DNA of 38,341 bases from a virus. The translations under genes were made by a program, and so were the position numbers. Of this stretch, positions 17,619-27,200 are shown piece by piece; within the stretch, counting starts at the first letter, position 1, and every line of letters starts with the position of its first letter. The notes beneath the pieces were generated by a model that was not told the DNA's origin, did no database searches, and saw only the letters and a program-made list of their open reading frames with translations. The stretch lies in the UHGV virus genome UHGV-0133281; one strand, written 5' to 3'.

Positions 17619-17786
17619 ATGTATAAACCGCAATACCTAAATATTGTTAGGGCAACGAATTCAGCTTATGGAAACAATATTGCTTATTTCAGAAAGACAT
17701 TAGTTACTCATAACGGCTATAAATGGAATGCGCCAGCAAAAAAAGAAAATAAATCGGGTCGTCATTTTTTAGGAAAAATAAAATAA
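17619..17786 (+). CDS. Small hypothetical protein (55 aa) between terL and portal, not in the ORF track
   Basis: ATG sits 8 nt after AAGGAG. Clean 56-codon ORF. Confidence 0.4.
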   Translation: MYKPQYLNIVRATNSAYGNNIAYFRKTLVTHNGYKWNAPAKKENKSGRHFLGKIK

Positions 17787-17821
17787 ATAGTACTAGATGT
17801 CGACGGAAAGGGGGTGAATAA

Positions 17822-18997
17822 GTGAGTTTATTTGACTTGTTAAAAGGTACGTCAGCTAAAAACAAAGCTATTCAAGAAATGTTGGATTTTGAGTTTATAA
17901 ACGACGTATCTACTAGAGCATACTTAAAGCGCTGGGCTTTAGATTCTGTTTTAAATTTTGTCGCTAGGACCATGTCAACAATGCAGGTACAAATAAGAGG
18001 TGCCACGAAAGAAGAATGGGACTATCTACTAAACGTACGCCCCAATAAAGACATGTCAGCGAATGATTTTTGGCAAAAGTTCTTTTATACACTTTTAAAA
18101 AATAACGAAGTGCTAGTAGTTGTTTCCGATGATAATCAGTTATTAATTGCAGATGATTTTTATAGGAATGAATATGCACTATACGAAGATACATTCTCGG
18201 AAGTGACTATAAAAAACTACACCTATCAGAGAAATTTTAAAATGTCGGAGGTTATTTACCTTCAATATAACAATGAAAAATTAGATAAGTTCACCGATGG
18301 TCTTTTTAATGATTATGGTGAACTTTTTGGTCGTATCTTAGAAGTTTCTATGCGAAATAATCAAATTCGAGCAGGTGTTTCCATTGATCAAACAGGTAGT
18401 TATGGAGATAAAAAGGACGGAAACGGAAGAACCGATCAAGAAAAAATACAGGCATTCGTTAATAAGATATACAAATCTTTTAGAAATAACTCGGTAGCAA
18501 TAGTTCCACAACTGAAAGGTTTTAAATACGAAGAGTACACAAATAAAACGGGCTCGTCTAATCAATCTTTGGAAGAATTGGACCAAATGAAAAAGTCATT
18601 AATCAATGATGTTTGTCGTGCCATTGGTGTTCCTTCTGCATTAGTACATGGAGAAATGGCCGATCTAGAATTTAATCTAAAAGCCTATCAAAAACTTTGT
18701 ATTACTCAATTGAAGGACAAACTACAATCAGAACTTAATAATAAAATTTTGGAAAAATACGAGTACCAACAAGGTCAACGAGTGGTGCTTAAGAATATTC
18801 TTAAACGTGATCCTTATGAACAAGCTGTTCAAATTGATAAATTAATTGCTTCTGGAGTATTCACGCCTAACCAAGTGTTAATTGATTTTGAGTATGAAGA
18901 ATCAGAGGAAGCATTTATGAATGAGCATCATATTACTAAAAACTATGAAAAATTGAAAGGGGGTGAAGATGAAGATGACAGTGAAAATCAAGGTTAA
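17822..18997 (+). CDS. Portal protein (HK97 family)
   Basis: 391 aa. GTG start after AAAGGGGGTG. Position and size match; acidic C-terminus. Confidence 0.8.
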   Translation: MSLFDLLKGTSAKNKAIQEMLDFEFINDVSTRAYLKRWALDSVLNFVARTMSTMQVQIRGATKEEWDYLLNVRPNKDMSANDFWQKFFYTLLKNNEVLVVVSDDNQLLIADDFYRNEYALYEDTFSEVTIKNYTYQRNFKMSEVIYLQYNNEKLDKFTDGLFNDYGELFGRILEVSMRNNQIRAGVSIDQTGSYGDKKDGNGRTDQEKIQAFVNKIYKSFRNNSVAIVPQLKGFKYEEYTNKTGSSNQSLEELDQMKKSLINDVCRAIGVPSALVHGEMADLEFNLKAYQKLCITQLKDKLQSELNNKILEKYEYQQGQRVVLKNILKRDPYEQAVQIDKLIASGVFTPNQVLIDFEYEESEEAFMNEHHITKNYEKLKGGEDEDDSENQG

Positions 18998-19739
18998 TGG
19001 GCCAATCATTTCTAATGATGATAAATGGTTCTATGAGTTGTTTGACATGGAAGCAACATCCCCAAAAGATGTTTTCGATTTGTTACCTGCAAATAATGAA
19101 GATGTTGAAGTGACTATCAATTCATATGGCGGACTTGTGGATATGGGAAATGAAATATACACAGCTTTACGTACCTATGAAGGACATGTAAAAGTAAACG
19201 TTGTTATGGCAGGAAGTGCTGCTAGTGTCATTGCAATGGCTGGTAATACAGTTTCTATTAGTCCAGTTGGTCGAATTATGATTCACAATGTCGCAATGAG
19301 TACGGGCGGTGATTATCATGAAATGGACAAAGCAAGCGAAATTTTACAGAAAGGCAATAGTGCTTTGGCTAATGCCTATGTTGCTAAAACGGGTAAAACT
19401 AAGGAAGAAATTTTAGCGTTGATGGACAAAGAAACATGGCTAACCGCAGAAGAGGCTGTTGAAAATGGTTTTGTGGATGAAATCATGTTCGAAAACACTG
19501 AACGTCCATTATTAGTTGCCGATGGAGGAAGTGGTCTTATTTCAAAAGACATTATCAATGAAGTGAAAAAACTAAAAAATCAGCAGAACGAACCAGTAGT
19601 GATGGTCAATAAAAAAGAATTAAAAGAAATGATTGCTGAAGCTATCGTTGAAGTGAAGCAAAATGAAATTACAATTGAACAAATTATCGAACCAAAAGAA
19701 CCAACGAACGAATCGCCGTTTGCTAGGTTCTTATTTTAA
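18963..19739 (+). CDS. ClpP-like (S14) prohead protease
   Basis: GGLVDMGNEIYTAL...MAGSAASVIAMAG...IMIHNVAMS ClpP signature. Confidence 0.85.
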   Translation: MKMKMTVKIKVNGPIISNDDKWFYELFDMEATSPKDVFDLLPANNEDVEVTINSYGGLVDMGNEIYTALRTYEGHVKVNVVMAGSAASVIAMAGNTVSISPVGRIMIHNVAMSTGGDYHEMDKASEILQKGNSALANAYVAKTGKTKEEILALMDKETWLTAEEAVENGFVDEIMFENTERPLLVADGGSGLISKDIINEVKKLKNQQNEPVVMVNKKELKEMIAEAIVEVKQNEITIEQIIEPKEPTNESPFARFLF

Positions 19740-19765
19740 TACACATTTTTAGGAGGAATTTAAAT

Positions 19766-20911
19766 ATGACAATCAATTTAAAAGGAATGGTCAATTACCA
19801 AGAAAAGCGTAAAGCTTTTATTGCATCTGTAAAAAATGGTGATCCACAGGAAAAACAAAATGAATTATATGAAGTATCTATGAATGCTCTAGCAGAAGAC
19901 ATGGTAGCAGAGGCTAAAAAAGAAGCTCGTATGGAAGCAGAAGAATTTATCAATGCTTCAAAAATGGATAAAGGCATTACGCCCAAAGAAGTTAAATTCT
20001 TTAACGCGGTCACTGAAACAGGCTGGAAAGATGAAGAACTACTTCCTGAAACAACAGTGGATGAAATTTTTAATGATTTAACAAGAGAACGTCCATTATT
20101 AAAAGAATTAGGATTAAAATATACAGGATTACGATTGAAAATCTTAAAATCTGATCCAAAAGGTGCCATTGTTTGGGGTAAAATTTTCGGCGAAATTAAA
20201 GGTCAGTTAGATGCAACCTTCAGCGAAGACGATGCAAAACAAAGCAAAGCAACAGCATTTGTTGTATTACCAAACGATCTATTAGAATATGGTCCTGTTT
20301 GGATTAAACGTTATGTAACTACTCAAATTAAAGAGGCATTTGCTGTTGGCTTCGAAGATGCTTTCCTAAATGGCGATGGAAACGATAAGCCTATTGGTTT
20401 AACTCGTGACTTAGCAAAGGGAGCTACTTCAAACGGTGTGACTACTTATCCAGAGAAAGAAGCAGCAGGAACTTTAACTTTTGCCGATGAAAAAACAGCG
20501 ATTAAAGAATTAAAAGAAATGCGTAAATACCATTCTGTTAAAGAAAATGGCAAACGTATTTCTGTCGCTGGTAAAGTAGTTATTGTTGCGAGCCCAGATG
20601 AAGCTTTGGATATTGAAACAGAGTTTACTTCTCGTAATGCAATGGGGGACTGGGTTACGAAATTACCGTTTGGATTGCGGATTGTGGAATCTGATTTCCA
20701 AAAATCTGGAAAAGTTACCACTTTTGTTAGTGGTCGTTACGATGCATTTGCTGCAGGAGCATTAGTGATTAAAGAATACGATCAAACATTAGCTTTAGAA
20801 GATTGTCGGTTATTCACTGCAAAACAATTTGCGTTTGGTAAAGCACAAGACAACAAGGTTGCAGCTGTATGGACATTATCAATTAATGGAGACCCAGAGA
20901 CGGGGAAGTAG
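19766..20911 (+). CDS. Major capsid protein (HK97 fold). A -1-frame C-terminal extension is open to 20973.
   Basis: 381 aa following the protease with an N-terminal delta-like region. Extension frame ..GEVAIPVIEKVTSTTDGAVVNLK*. Confidence 0.85.
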   Translation: MTINLKGMVNYQEKRKAFIASVKNGDPQEKQNELYEVSMNALAEDMVAEAKKEARMEAEEFINASKMDKGITPKEVKFFNAVTETGWKDEELLPETTVDEIFNDLTRERPLLKELGLKYTGLRLKILKSDPKGAIVWGKIFGEIKGQLDATFSEDDAKQSKATAFVVLPNDLLEYGPVWIKRYVTTQIKEAFAVGFEDAFLNGDGNDKPIGLTRDLAKGATSNGVTTYPEKEAAGTLTFADEKTAIKELKEMRKYHSVKENGKRISVAGKVVIVASPDEALDIETEFTSRNAMGDWVTKLPFGLRIVESDFQKSGKVTTFVSGRYDAFAAGALVIKEYDQTLALEDCRLFTAKQFAFGKAQDNKVAAVWTLSINGDPETGK

Positions 20912-20988
20912 CAATCCCCGTGATTGAAAAAGTCACGTCAACAACAGACGGGGCTGTTGTAAATCTGAAATAACAGGGGAGGTATTCA

Positions 20989-21294
20989 ATGACTAATGAA
21001 CAAGCATTAGAGTTAGCCAATCTGAACCTAGAAAAATTTAAGAAGCGGATGAAAATTTTTGGAACGTCGGAAGATGAATCGTTAACGGAAATTTTAGCCG
21101 CTTCTTTTTTGCGCCTTGATTCTTTGATCAATCCAGTTAAACCAGAAAGTGATTTAACCTTCATAGAACTTGTATTTGAGCGCAGCCGATATGCCTATAA
21201 CGATTCATTAGAGTTTTTCGAAACAAATTTTCAGCCAGATATATTAGCGCAGTCTTTAAAATATGCGGAGGTGTTCAACGATGATACACCCTAA
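20989..21294 (+). CDS. Head-tail connector (gp6-like)
   Basis: 101 aa. Conserved position after the capsid gene. Confidence 0.6.
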   Translation: MTNEQALELANLNLEKFKKRMKIFGTSEDESLTEILAASFLRLDSLINPVKPESDLTFIELVFERSRYAYNDSLEFFETNFQPDILAQSLKYAEVFNDDTP

Positions 21295-21655
21295 TTATAA
21301 AAAGCCTAAAATTAATAGTGGTAGTTTGAAAACACGTGTAGAATTTTGGGGATTTGTTCCAAATGATGGACCAGAGCCAGGAGAAGAAAAAAACGAAAAG
21401 CTATATGAATGCTTTTCTTTAGCTTACAATCCATCAATGAAAGACATGGAAATATTGAACGCAAAAGGAACTAAAGAGGGGCTGACAATTAAAATCCGTG
21501 ATCCACACCAAGACTATATCCCTAGCAACAAACATAAAGTTGTTATCGACGACTATAGAGCTTTACCAGTGGGCAAAGAATGGGAAATCGTAGATGTTTC
21601 ACCAGATTTTGAAGATAATCGTTTTATCAAGATTGTTCTAGGGATAACGTCATGA
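21263..21655 (+). CDS. Head closure protein
   Basis: 130 aa. Position. Confidence 0.55.
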   Translation: MRRCSTMIHPNYKKPKINSGSLKTRVEFWGFVPNDGPEPGEEKNEKLYECFSLAYNPSMKDMEILNAKGTKEGLTIKIRDPHQDYIPSNKHKVVIDDYRALPVGKEWEIVDVSPDFEDNRFIKIVLGITS

Positions 21656-22044
21656 GCGAAGTGACAGGGTTAGAAGAAATTCTCAAAAATATGGAAGATA
21701 AACTAGGTCAAGCACGAGTAAATAGAATTTCAAACAAAGCTTTAAAAAAACAAGGCGAAAGAAACAAGCAGACTGTAAAAAAATACATGGCTAGTTATAT
21801 AGATTCAGGAAAAACGCATGACTTAGTTATAAGTAGTGGTGTGAAAAGTAATCCAAAACGAGTTGAGACTGGCTGGGCTTCAAAGGAACGTGCGCCTATC
21901 GTCCATTTAAATGAGTTCGGCTATACGCGCTATGGTACTTATGTACGACCTCGTGGAATGGGAAAACTACAAGCTGCAGCTGATGAAATTCAAGCGAAAG
22001 CATTTGGAGAGATGAAGCCGGATATGGAGGAATTAGCTAAATGA
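21652..22044 (+). CDS. HK97 gp10-like head-tail joining protein
   Basis: 130 aa. Position and size. Confidence 0.55.
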   Translation: MSEVTGLEEILKNMEDKLGQARVNRISNKALKKQGERNKQTVKKYMASYIDSGKTHDLVISSGVKSNPKRVETGWASKERAPIVHLNEFGYTRYGTYVRPRGMGKLQAAADEIQAKAFGEMKPDMEELAK

Positions 22045-22436
22045 AAGATATGATGATGGAAGTTTACAATGCCTTGATTGAAAATGAAACAATTAAAGAG
22101 CTTGTGACACCTCAAAGAATTAAATTTTATGAAGTACCAGAAACTTTGGATACTACCAAGCCTTTCATTATCATTGATAACTTTTTTGGTCCACAAACCA
22201 ACGCTTATTTTGCCAACAATAAAGCTTTATCAATTAGGTTTAATTATCAAATCAACGTTGAGAGCATGGATAGAATGACAACTAAGCAAATTTCTAAAGC
22301 AGTTGAAGAAACAATGAAACAAATTGGTTTTGGTCGCTTAGATGGTGGCTTAGATCAGTACTTTAACGAAACAAAACGTTTTGTAGATGCAAGACGTTAC
22401 AGAAAAAATACACAAATTCACGACACCGACTATTAA
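22041..22436 (+). CDS. Tail completion or tail terminator protein
   Basis: 131 aa. Position before the major tail protein. Confidence 0.5.
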   Translation: MKDMMMEVYNALIENETIKELVTPQRIKFYEVPETLDTTKPFIIIDNFFGPQTNAYFANNKALSIRFNYQINVESMDRMTTKQISKAVEETMKQIGFGRLDGGLDQYFNETKRFVDARRYRKNTQIHDTDY

Positions 22437-22468
22437 GTTGGTGTCTATTTTTTAGGAGGAAAAAATTT

Positions 22469-23062
22469 ATGCAAACATACGGATTTAGCAGAATCACTAT
22501 TCAACAATTGGACAATGAATTAAAGCCAGTCGCTGGTAAGAAACATGTCATTGATGGCAAGCCAAAAGAAGGGGCCGCAGCAAGCTTTGAAATTACAGGA
22601 CTAACCAAAGAACCGTCAAAAGTTTTCGGTTCAAACATTGCATATTACGTTGCACGTAAAGGGCACGGAGATATTGCAGCAAACTTAGGTATCTTAGATG
22701 TACCATCAGCCATTGAACATGAAATGTTAGGGCATAAAAAAGCTAGCGAGGAAAGCAAAGTTTATCATATTGGCGAGGATACAGAGCCACCTTACTACGC
22801 AGTATTAATCGAATCAGAAGATTTATATGGTGAAAAAATTGGCTTCGGCATGTATGCAGGCACATTCTCATTAGATGGTGTCAAAGGCGAAACATTAAAT
22901 GATGACGACTTTACGCCAGAGCCTGGCGAATATGTTTATTCTGCTGTTTCTCGTCAAATTAACGGTAAAAAAGTTACTGTCGGTTTTGCAGATAATTCAG
23001 AAGCTCTAGCAGAATTGACAACAGAATTATTTGGTGAAGAAACACCAGCGCCGGAAAAGTAG
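22469..23062 (+). CDS. Major tail protein. A -1-frame C-terminal extension is open to 23124.
   Basis: 197 aa. Position. Extension frame ..GKVASPTVGAVTPTTDGANIELS*. Confidence 0.75.
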   Translation: MQTYGFSRITIQQLDNELKPVAGKKHVIDGKPKEGAAASFEITGLTKEPSKVFGSNIAYYVARKGHGDIAANLGILDVPSAIEHEMLGHKKASEESKVYHIGEDTEPPYYAVLIESEDLYGEKIGFGMYAGTFSLDGVKGETLNDDDFTPEPGEYVYSAVSRQINGKKVTVGFADNSEALAELTTELFGEETPAPEK

Positions 23063-23135
23063 CAAGCCCCACAGTGGGAGCTGTTACTCCCACCACAGAT
23101 GGGGCCAATATTGAATTAAGTTAGGAGGACAAGAA

Positions 23136-23609
23136 ATGTCGTTTATTCCACCAGAAAAATTTAGACTTTATAAAAAAGGTGAAACTAGTCCTGTTGCAGA
23201 AGGTATTTCGCCTTTAGCTATTACAGGAATTACCGCAAACACAGATGTTTTAGCTGGTGACTTTACTGTCACAGGTGTTGCCACCGTTGACGGTGAAGAA
23301 AAAGAATCTGATCATGTTGATGTACCAGCATTTAAAACATTACCTATTGCAGTAACAGGAATTACCTTGGATAAGACTGAATTAGCTTTAAAAGTTGGTG
23401 AAACAGCAACGTTAACACCTACAATCATGCCAGAAAACGCAACAAACAAAGCGTATAGATTCAGTTCTGAAGATGCAGCGATTGGAACGGTAACGCCAGT
23501 GCAAGGAAAAGTAACAGGCGTTTCGGAAGGTATTACAAAACTTGTTGGCACAACTGAAGACGGTAATTTTACAGCAGAATGTACTTTGACTGTATCAGCA
23601 GCAGAATAA
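23136..23609 (+). CDS. Ig-like (Big_2) domain tail protein
   Basis: Big_2-like repeats (ITGITLDKTELALKVGETATLT...GTVTPV...ITKLVGTTEDG). Confidence 0.65.
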   Translation: MSFIPPEKFRLYKKGETSPVAEGISPLAITGITANTDVLAGDFTVTGVATVDGEEKESDHVDVPAFKTLPIAVTGITLDKTELALKVGETATLTPTIMPENATNKAYRFSSEDAAIGTVTPVQGKVTGVSEGITKLVGTTEDGNFTAECTLTVSAAE

Positions 23610-23632
23610 AAATTTATTGATTAAGGACGGCT

Positions 23633-23662
23633 TTAGTTAGTCGTCCTTTTTTTGGAGGTTAA
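23633..23662 (+). terminator. Intra-operon rho-independent terminator or attenuator
   Basis: AGGACG-(12 nt loop)-CGTCCT followed by TTTTTTT. Confidence 0.6.
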
Positions 23663-23665
23663 AAA

Positions 23666-24013
23666 ATGGAACGTAAAATTGAACTAACTTTACGCATTGA
23701 TGGCGAAGAAAAAACTTTTACACAGGACTTTGTGCCGTTTTCTAAGCGTACAGACTATATAAAAAAAGAAAATTCACTTAGAGAAGAAAAAACAAGCGAA
23801 GGATTAGAACCAACAGCTGACGAGTATTTAGAAATGCAAATTCAATTCGTCGCCGATTTATTCGATGAAAAGGAACTTACTAAAGAAGCAATTCTTAACG
23901 GTATTGATGCTTTAGACATTGATAAAATATGGGAAATTATCAGCTATCGAGTTCTTGGTCTATCTAAGACAGATGTGGAAGAGTCAAAAAAGGAAAAGGC
24001 GGAGGAAATCTAA
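23666..24013 (+). CDS. Tail assembly chaperone (gpG-like)
   Basis: 115 aa, acidic, immediately upstream of the TMP. The slippery A AAA AAG lies near its end. Confidence 0.75.
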   Translation: MERKIELTLRIDGEEKTFTQDFVPFSKRTDYIKKENSLREEKTSEGLEPTADEYLEMQIQFVADLFDEKELTKEAILNGIDALDIDKIWEIISYRVLGLSKTDVEESKKEKAEEI

Positions 24014-24216
24014 GTTGGTCTGAATTTTATGACCTGCAGGTTGGTTTTGTCCGTGATTCAGTTACAGAACTTGGGTGGACGATTCGGGATTTCATGAATA
24101 CTGACTGCTTGGATATTGATGAAATCTTATTGAAAGCACCAAAGAAAAAGAAAACTAAAAAGAAAAAACAAGAGGTGCGACCACTAAGTGAATTAGTCAA
24201 GCGTAGTGGCGCATAA
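23666..24216 (+). CDS. Tail assembly chaperone frameshift product (gpGT-like), made by a -1 ribosomal frameshift at A AAA AAG (23986-23992)
   Basis: The -1 frame is open from the slip site to a TAA at 24214-24216. Canonical X XXY YYZ heptamer. This arrangement is conserved in siphoviruses. Confidence 0.65.
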
Positions 24217-24234
24217 AGGGAAGGAGGTAACTAA

Positions 24235-27200
24235 ATGAGTGGTGGAACGCCGTTAGGAAATATGGTCATTAAGTTGGGCTTGGATAGTTCTGATTTCGGT
24301 CGTGGTGCAGCAAATGCTAAAAAAGAAGTCCGTTATTTAGCCAAAGAAATGCAAGCTAATGCAAAAATCGCTGATATGGCGGGCAATCAAATGGGCAAGC
24401 TTGGCACTCGTTTTGATGGTTTAACTAAAATCATTGGAGCACAAGAGAAACAAGTTGCTGCGCTGAAAAAAGCTTATGACGAATCTTTTGTAGATGGAAA
24501 AGCGACAGAATCCACCAAAAGGCTAGCAACTCAATTGCAAGATGCCAATGGAAAACTAGCAAATTATCGATCTCAATTAATTCAAACAGCTGGTCAGATG
24601 GCAGAAATGCAAGTCAAAACCACTGGTGCCACTGGCGCCATTTATAATGCCAGCGAAAAAATGATTTCTAGTGGGCAAAAAATGGAAAAAGTGGGCGGAG
24701 CTTTAACAAAAGGTATAACTTTGCCAATTCTTGCTGGGGCTGCAGCAGTAACAACGGCCGCTGTGAAATGGGAATCTGATTTTGCAGGTGTGAAAAAGAC
24801 CAATGATGAAGTTGTGGATTCGACAGGTAAGGTTGTTTACTCATACAAAGATTTAGAAAATGGTCTTCGTGGACTAGCCAAAGAATTACCTTCAAGTCAC
24901 ACGGAAATTGCAAACGTTGCAGAAGCAGCAGGGCAGTTAGGGATTAAAACTAAAAATGTAGTTGGCTTCACCAAGACAATGATTGACTTAGGCGAGTCAA
25001 CGAACATGAGCGCAGAAGAAGCAGCAACTGCTTTAGCTCGATTGGCCAACATTACAGGAATGCCACAAACGGAATTTGACAAGTTAGGTTCTGTGATTGT
25101 TGATTTAGGGAATAACTTTGCGACAACCGAGTCAGAAATAACCGCAATGGGATTACGTCTTGCTGGTGCTGGTCACCAAGTGGGAATGAGTGAAGCTCAA
25201 ATCATGGGATTTGCGGCTGCATTGAGTTCGGTTGGTATTGAAGCAGAAGCAGGCGGTTCTGCATTTTCTAAAGTGATGGTTGAAATGCAATTGGCTGTAG
25301 AAAATGGAGCCAATGCATTTGCAGGGTTAGAGAGTTTAAGCCAACAAACTGGTGTATCTATGGAACAGGTTTCTAGCGCTGTTAGAAATGGCGGTAAAGA
25401 GTTAAAAAACACTGCTGATGCAATGGGATTAACTAGCAAAGAATTAAAAACAATGCATAAAGAAGCCACCGATGCATCAGGAAAATTAAATGATTTTGCA
25501 GAAGTAGCTGGAATGTCTGCAGAACAATTTTCTAAAGCTTTCAAAGAGGATGCTTCAGGTGCTATTATCAAATTTATTGAAGGGCTAGGAAAAACGAAGG
25601 AACACGGACAATCTGCAATTGCTGTTTTAGATGATATGGGGATTACCGAAGTTCGTCTTCGTGACAGTTTGCTACGTGCAGCTGGTGCCAGTGATGTATT
25701 TAAAAGTGCTGTAGATCGTGGAACTAAAGCATGGGGAGAAAACACCGCTTTAACAGAGGAAGCTAACAAGCGATATGAAACTACTGAATCTCAATTAAAG
25801 ATGCTTAAAAATGAAGCGGTTGACGTAGGTATCACGTTTGGTGGTCCTTTAGTAAAAGCATTGAGAGATGCGCTTCAAGCAACTAAACCAATGATTAAAA
25901 TGGTTACGAATTTGGCGGAATCTTTCTCAAATGCTGATCCTAAAACGCAACAAACAATCGTGAAATTGTTAGCTTTTGCAGCAGTAACGGGTCCAGTTAC
26001 TAGCAAAGTAGGAACGTTAACAAAAACTATGGGCCATTTAGGTAAAGGATTCATTGATACAATGGCTGCTATGTCTAAGAAAAGAGCGATTGAAGATGTT
26101 ACAAAAGCTTTTGCAGAAGGTAGCTCTGTTTCTCTTGGATTCGGAAAAGACATTGCTTCTTCTGGTTCGGCATTAGGCGGATTAACAGCTAAAATTGGAG
26201 GAACCACAACACAAATTGGTTCATTGACTAAAGGATTTAGTTTATTGAATCCTTGGGTATTGGGCGCAACTGCAGCGATTGGTGCAGGCGTTGCGGTTTG
26301 GAAATTGTGGGGAGAAGAAGCCTGGAATAGTTCTCAACGGACACAAAGATGGGGAACTGATGTAGGAAAAGCAACTGATGAAGCCTTAACTAAATTTCAA
26401 GGATATAGCAGAGGCGCTAGCGGAGAGCTTGATTTGCTAGAAAAAGGCGTTTCTGGGAATACCGATACCATTGCTAATAATTTCTCTAAGATGGGTCAAT
26501 CAATCGAAGAAAATATGACGAAAAAGATTGAGACACTGAAAGGCATTGTTAATAAGTTGCCAGATGATATAAAAGAAGCTGGAGATAAGCTAACCAAAGA
26601 AGAAGTGCTCAATCAGGAAAAATATTTAGATGTAGTGAAAGAAAATAATCAAAAAATAACTCAAATTAAACAAGAAGCTTCAAACAATAACCGCAAAATA
26701 AGTTATGAAGAAGCGATAAGAATTAAATCATTAGCTAAAGAAAGCGCAGAAGCTTATGTTAATTCTTTAGGTAAAAGCGAAACTGAAACCAAAGAAATTT
26801 TATCTGCAATGACAGGAAATGTAGCAGAAGCATCAGAAGATCAAGCAAAAACGTGGCTGCAATCTTTAGGAAAGCAAAGGCAACAATCCAAAATAGAATA
26901 TACTAAGATGCAGGACGATTTGAAAGCAAAATTAGTAGATGCCGGTTATGATTTAAACAGTAAATATGCCAAAGAAATGCTATCCTTATTAAAAGAAAGT
27001 GGCGATAGTGCCACGCAGATTACAGAAGATCAGATGTCAACTATTCTAGCCAAATATCCAGAATTGGCTGATCAAGTATTTTTAGCCAATGGACAATTAA
27101 TTAGTTCAATGGGTGAAGCTGGTCAAGCGGCAGTTGGTCAAAATAAAAAAATGATGGATTCCTTCACCGATATGGCAGAAAAAGTATCAAAAACTGCCGG

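Noticed and set aside
17964-18586. Minus-strand ORFs inside the portal gene
   Set aside because: Antisense shadow ORFs.
19376-21164. Assorted antisense or alternative-frame ORFs across the protease, capsid and connector genes (19376-19558, 19795-20169, 20446-20721, 20583-20765, 20883-21164)
   Set aside because: They overlap well-supported structural genes. No RBS. Low-complexity composition.
21990-22196. 68-aa minus-strand ORF
   Set aside because: Antisense within the head-tail joining genes.
23312-23551. 79-aa minus-strand ORF
   Set aside because: Antisense within the Big_2 gene.
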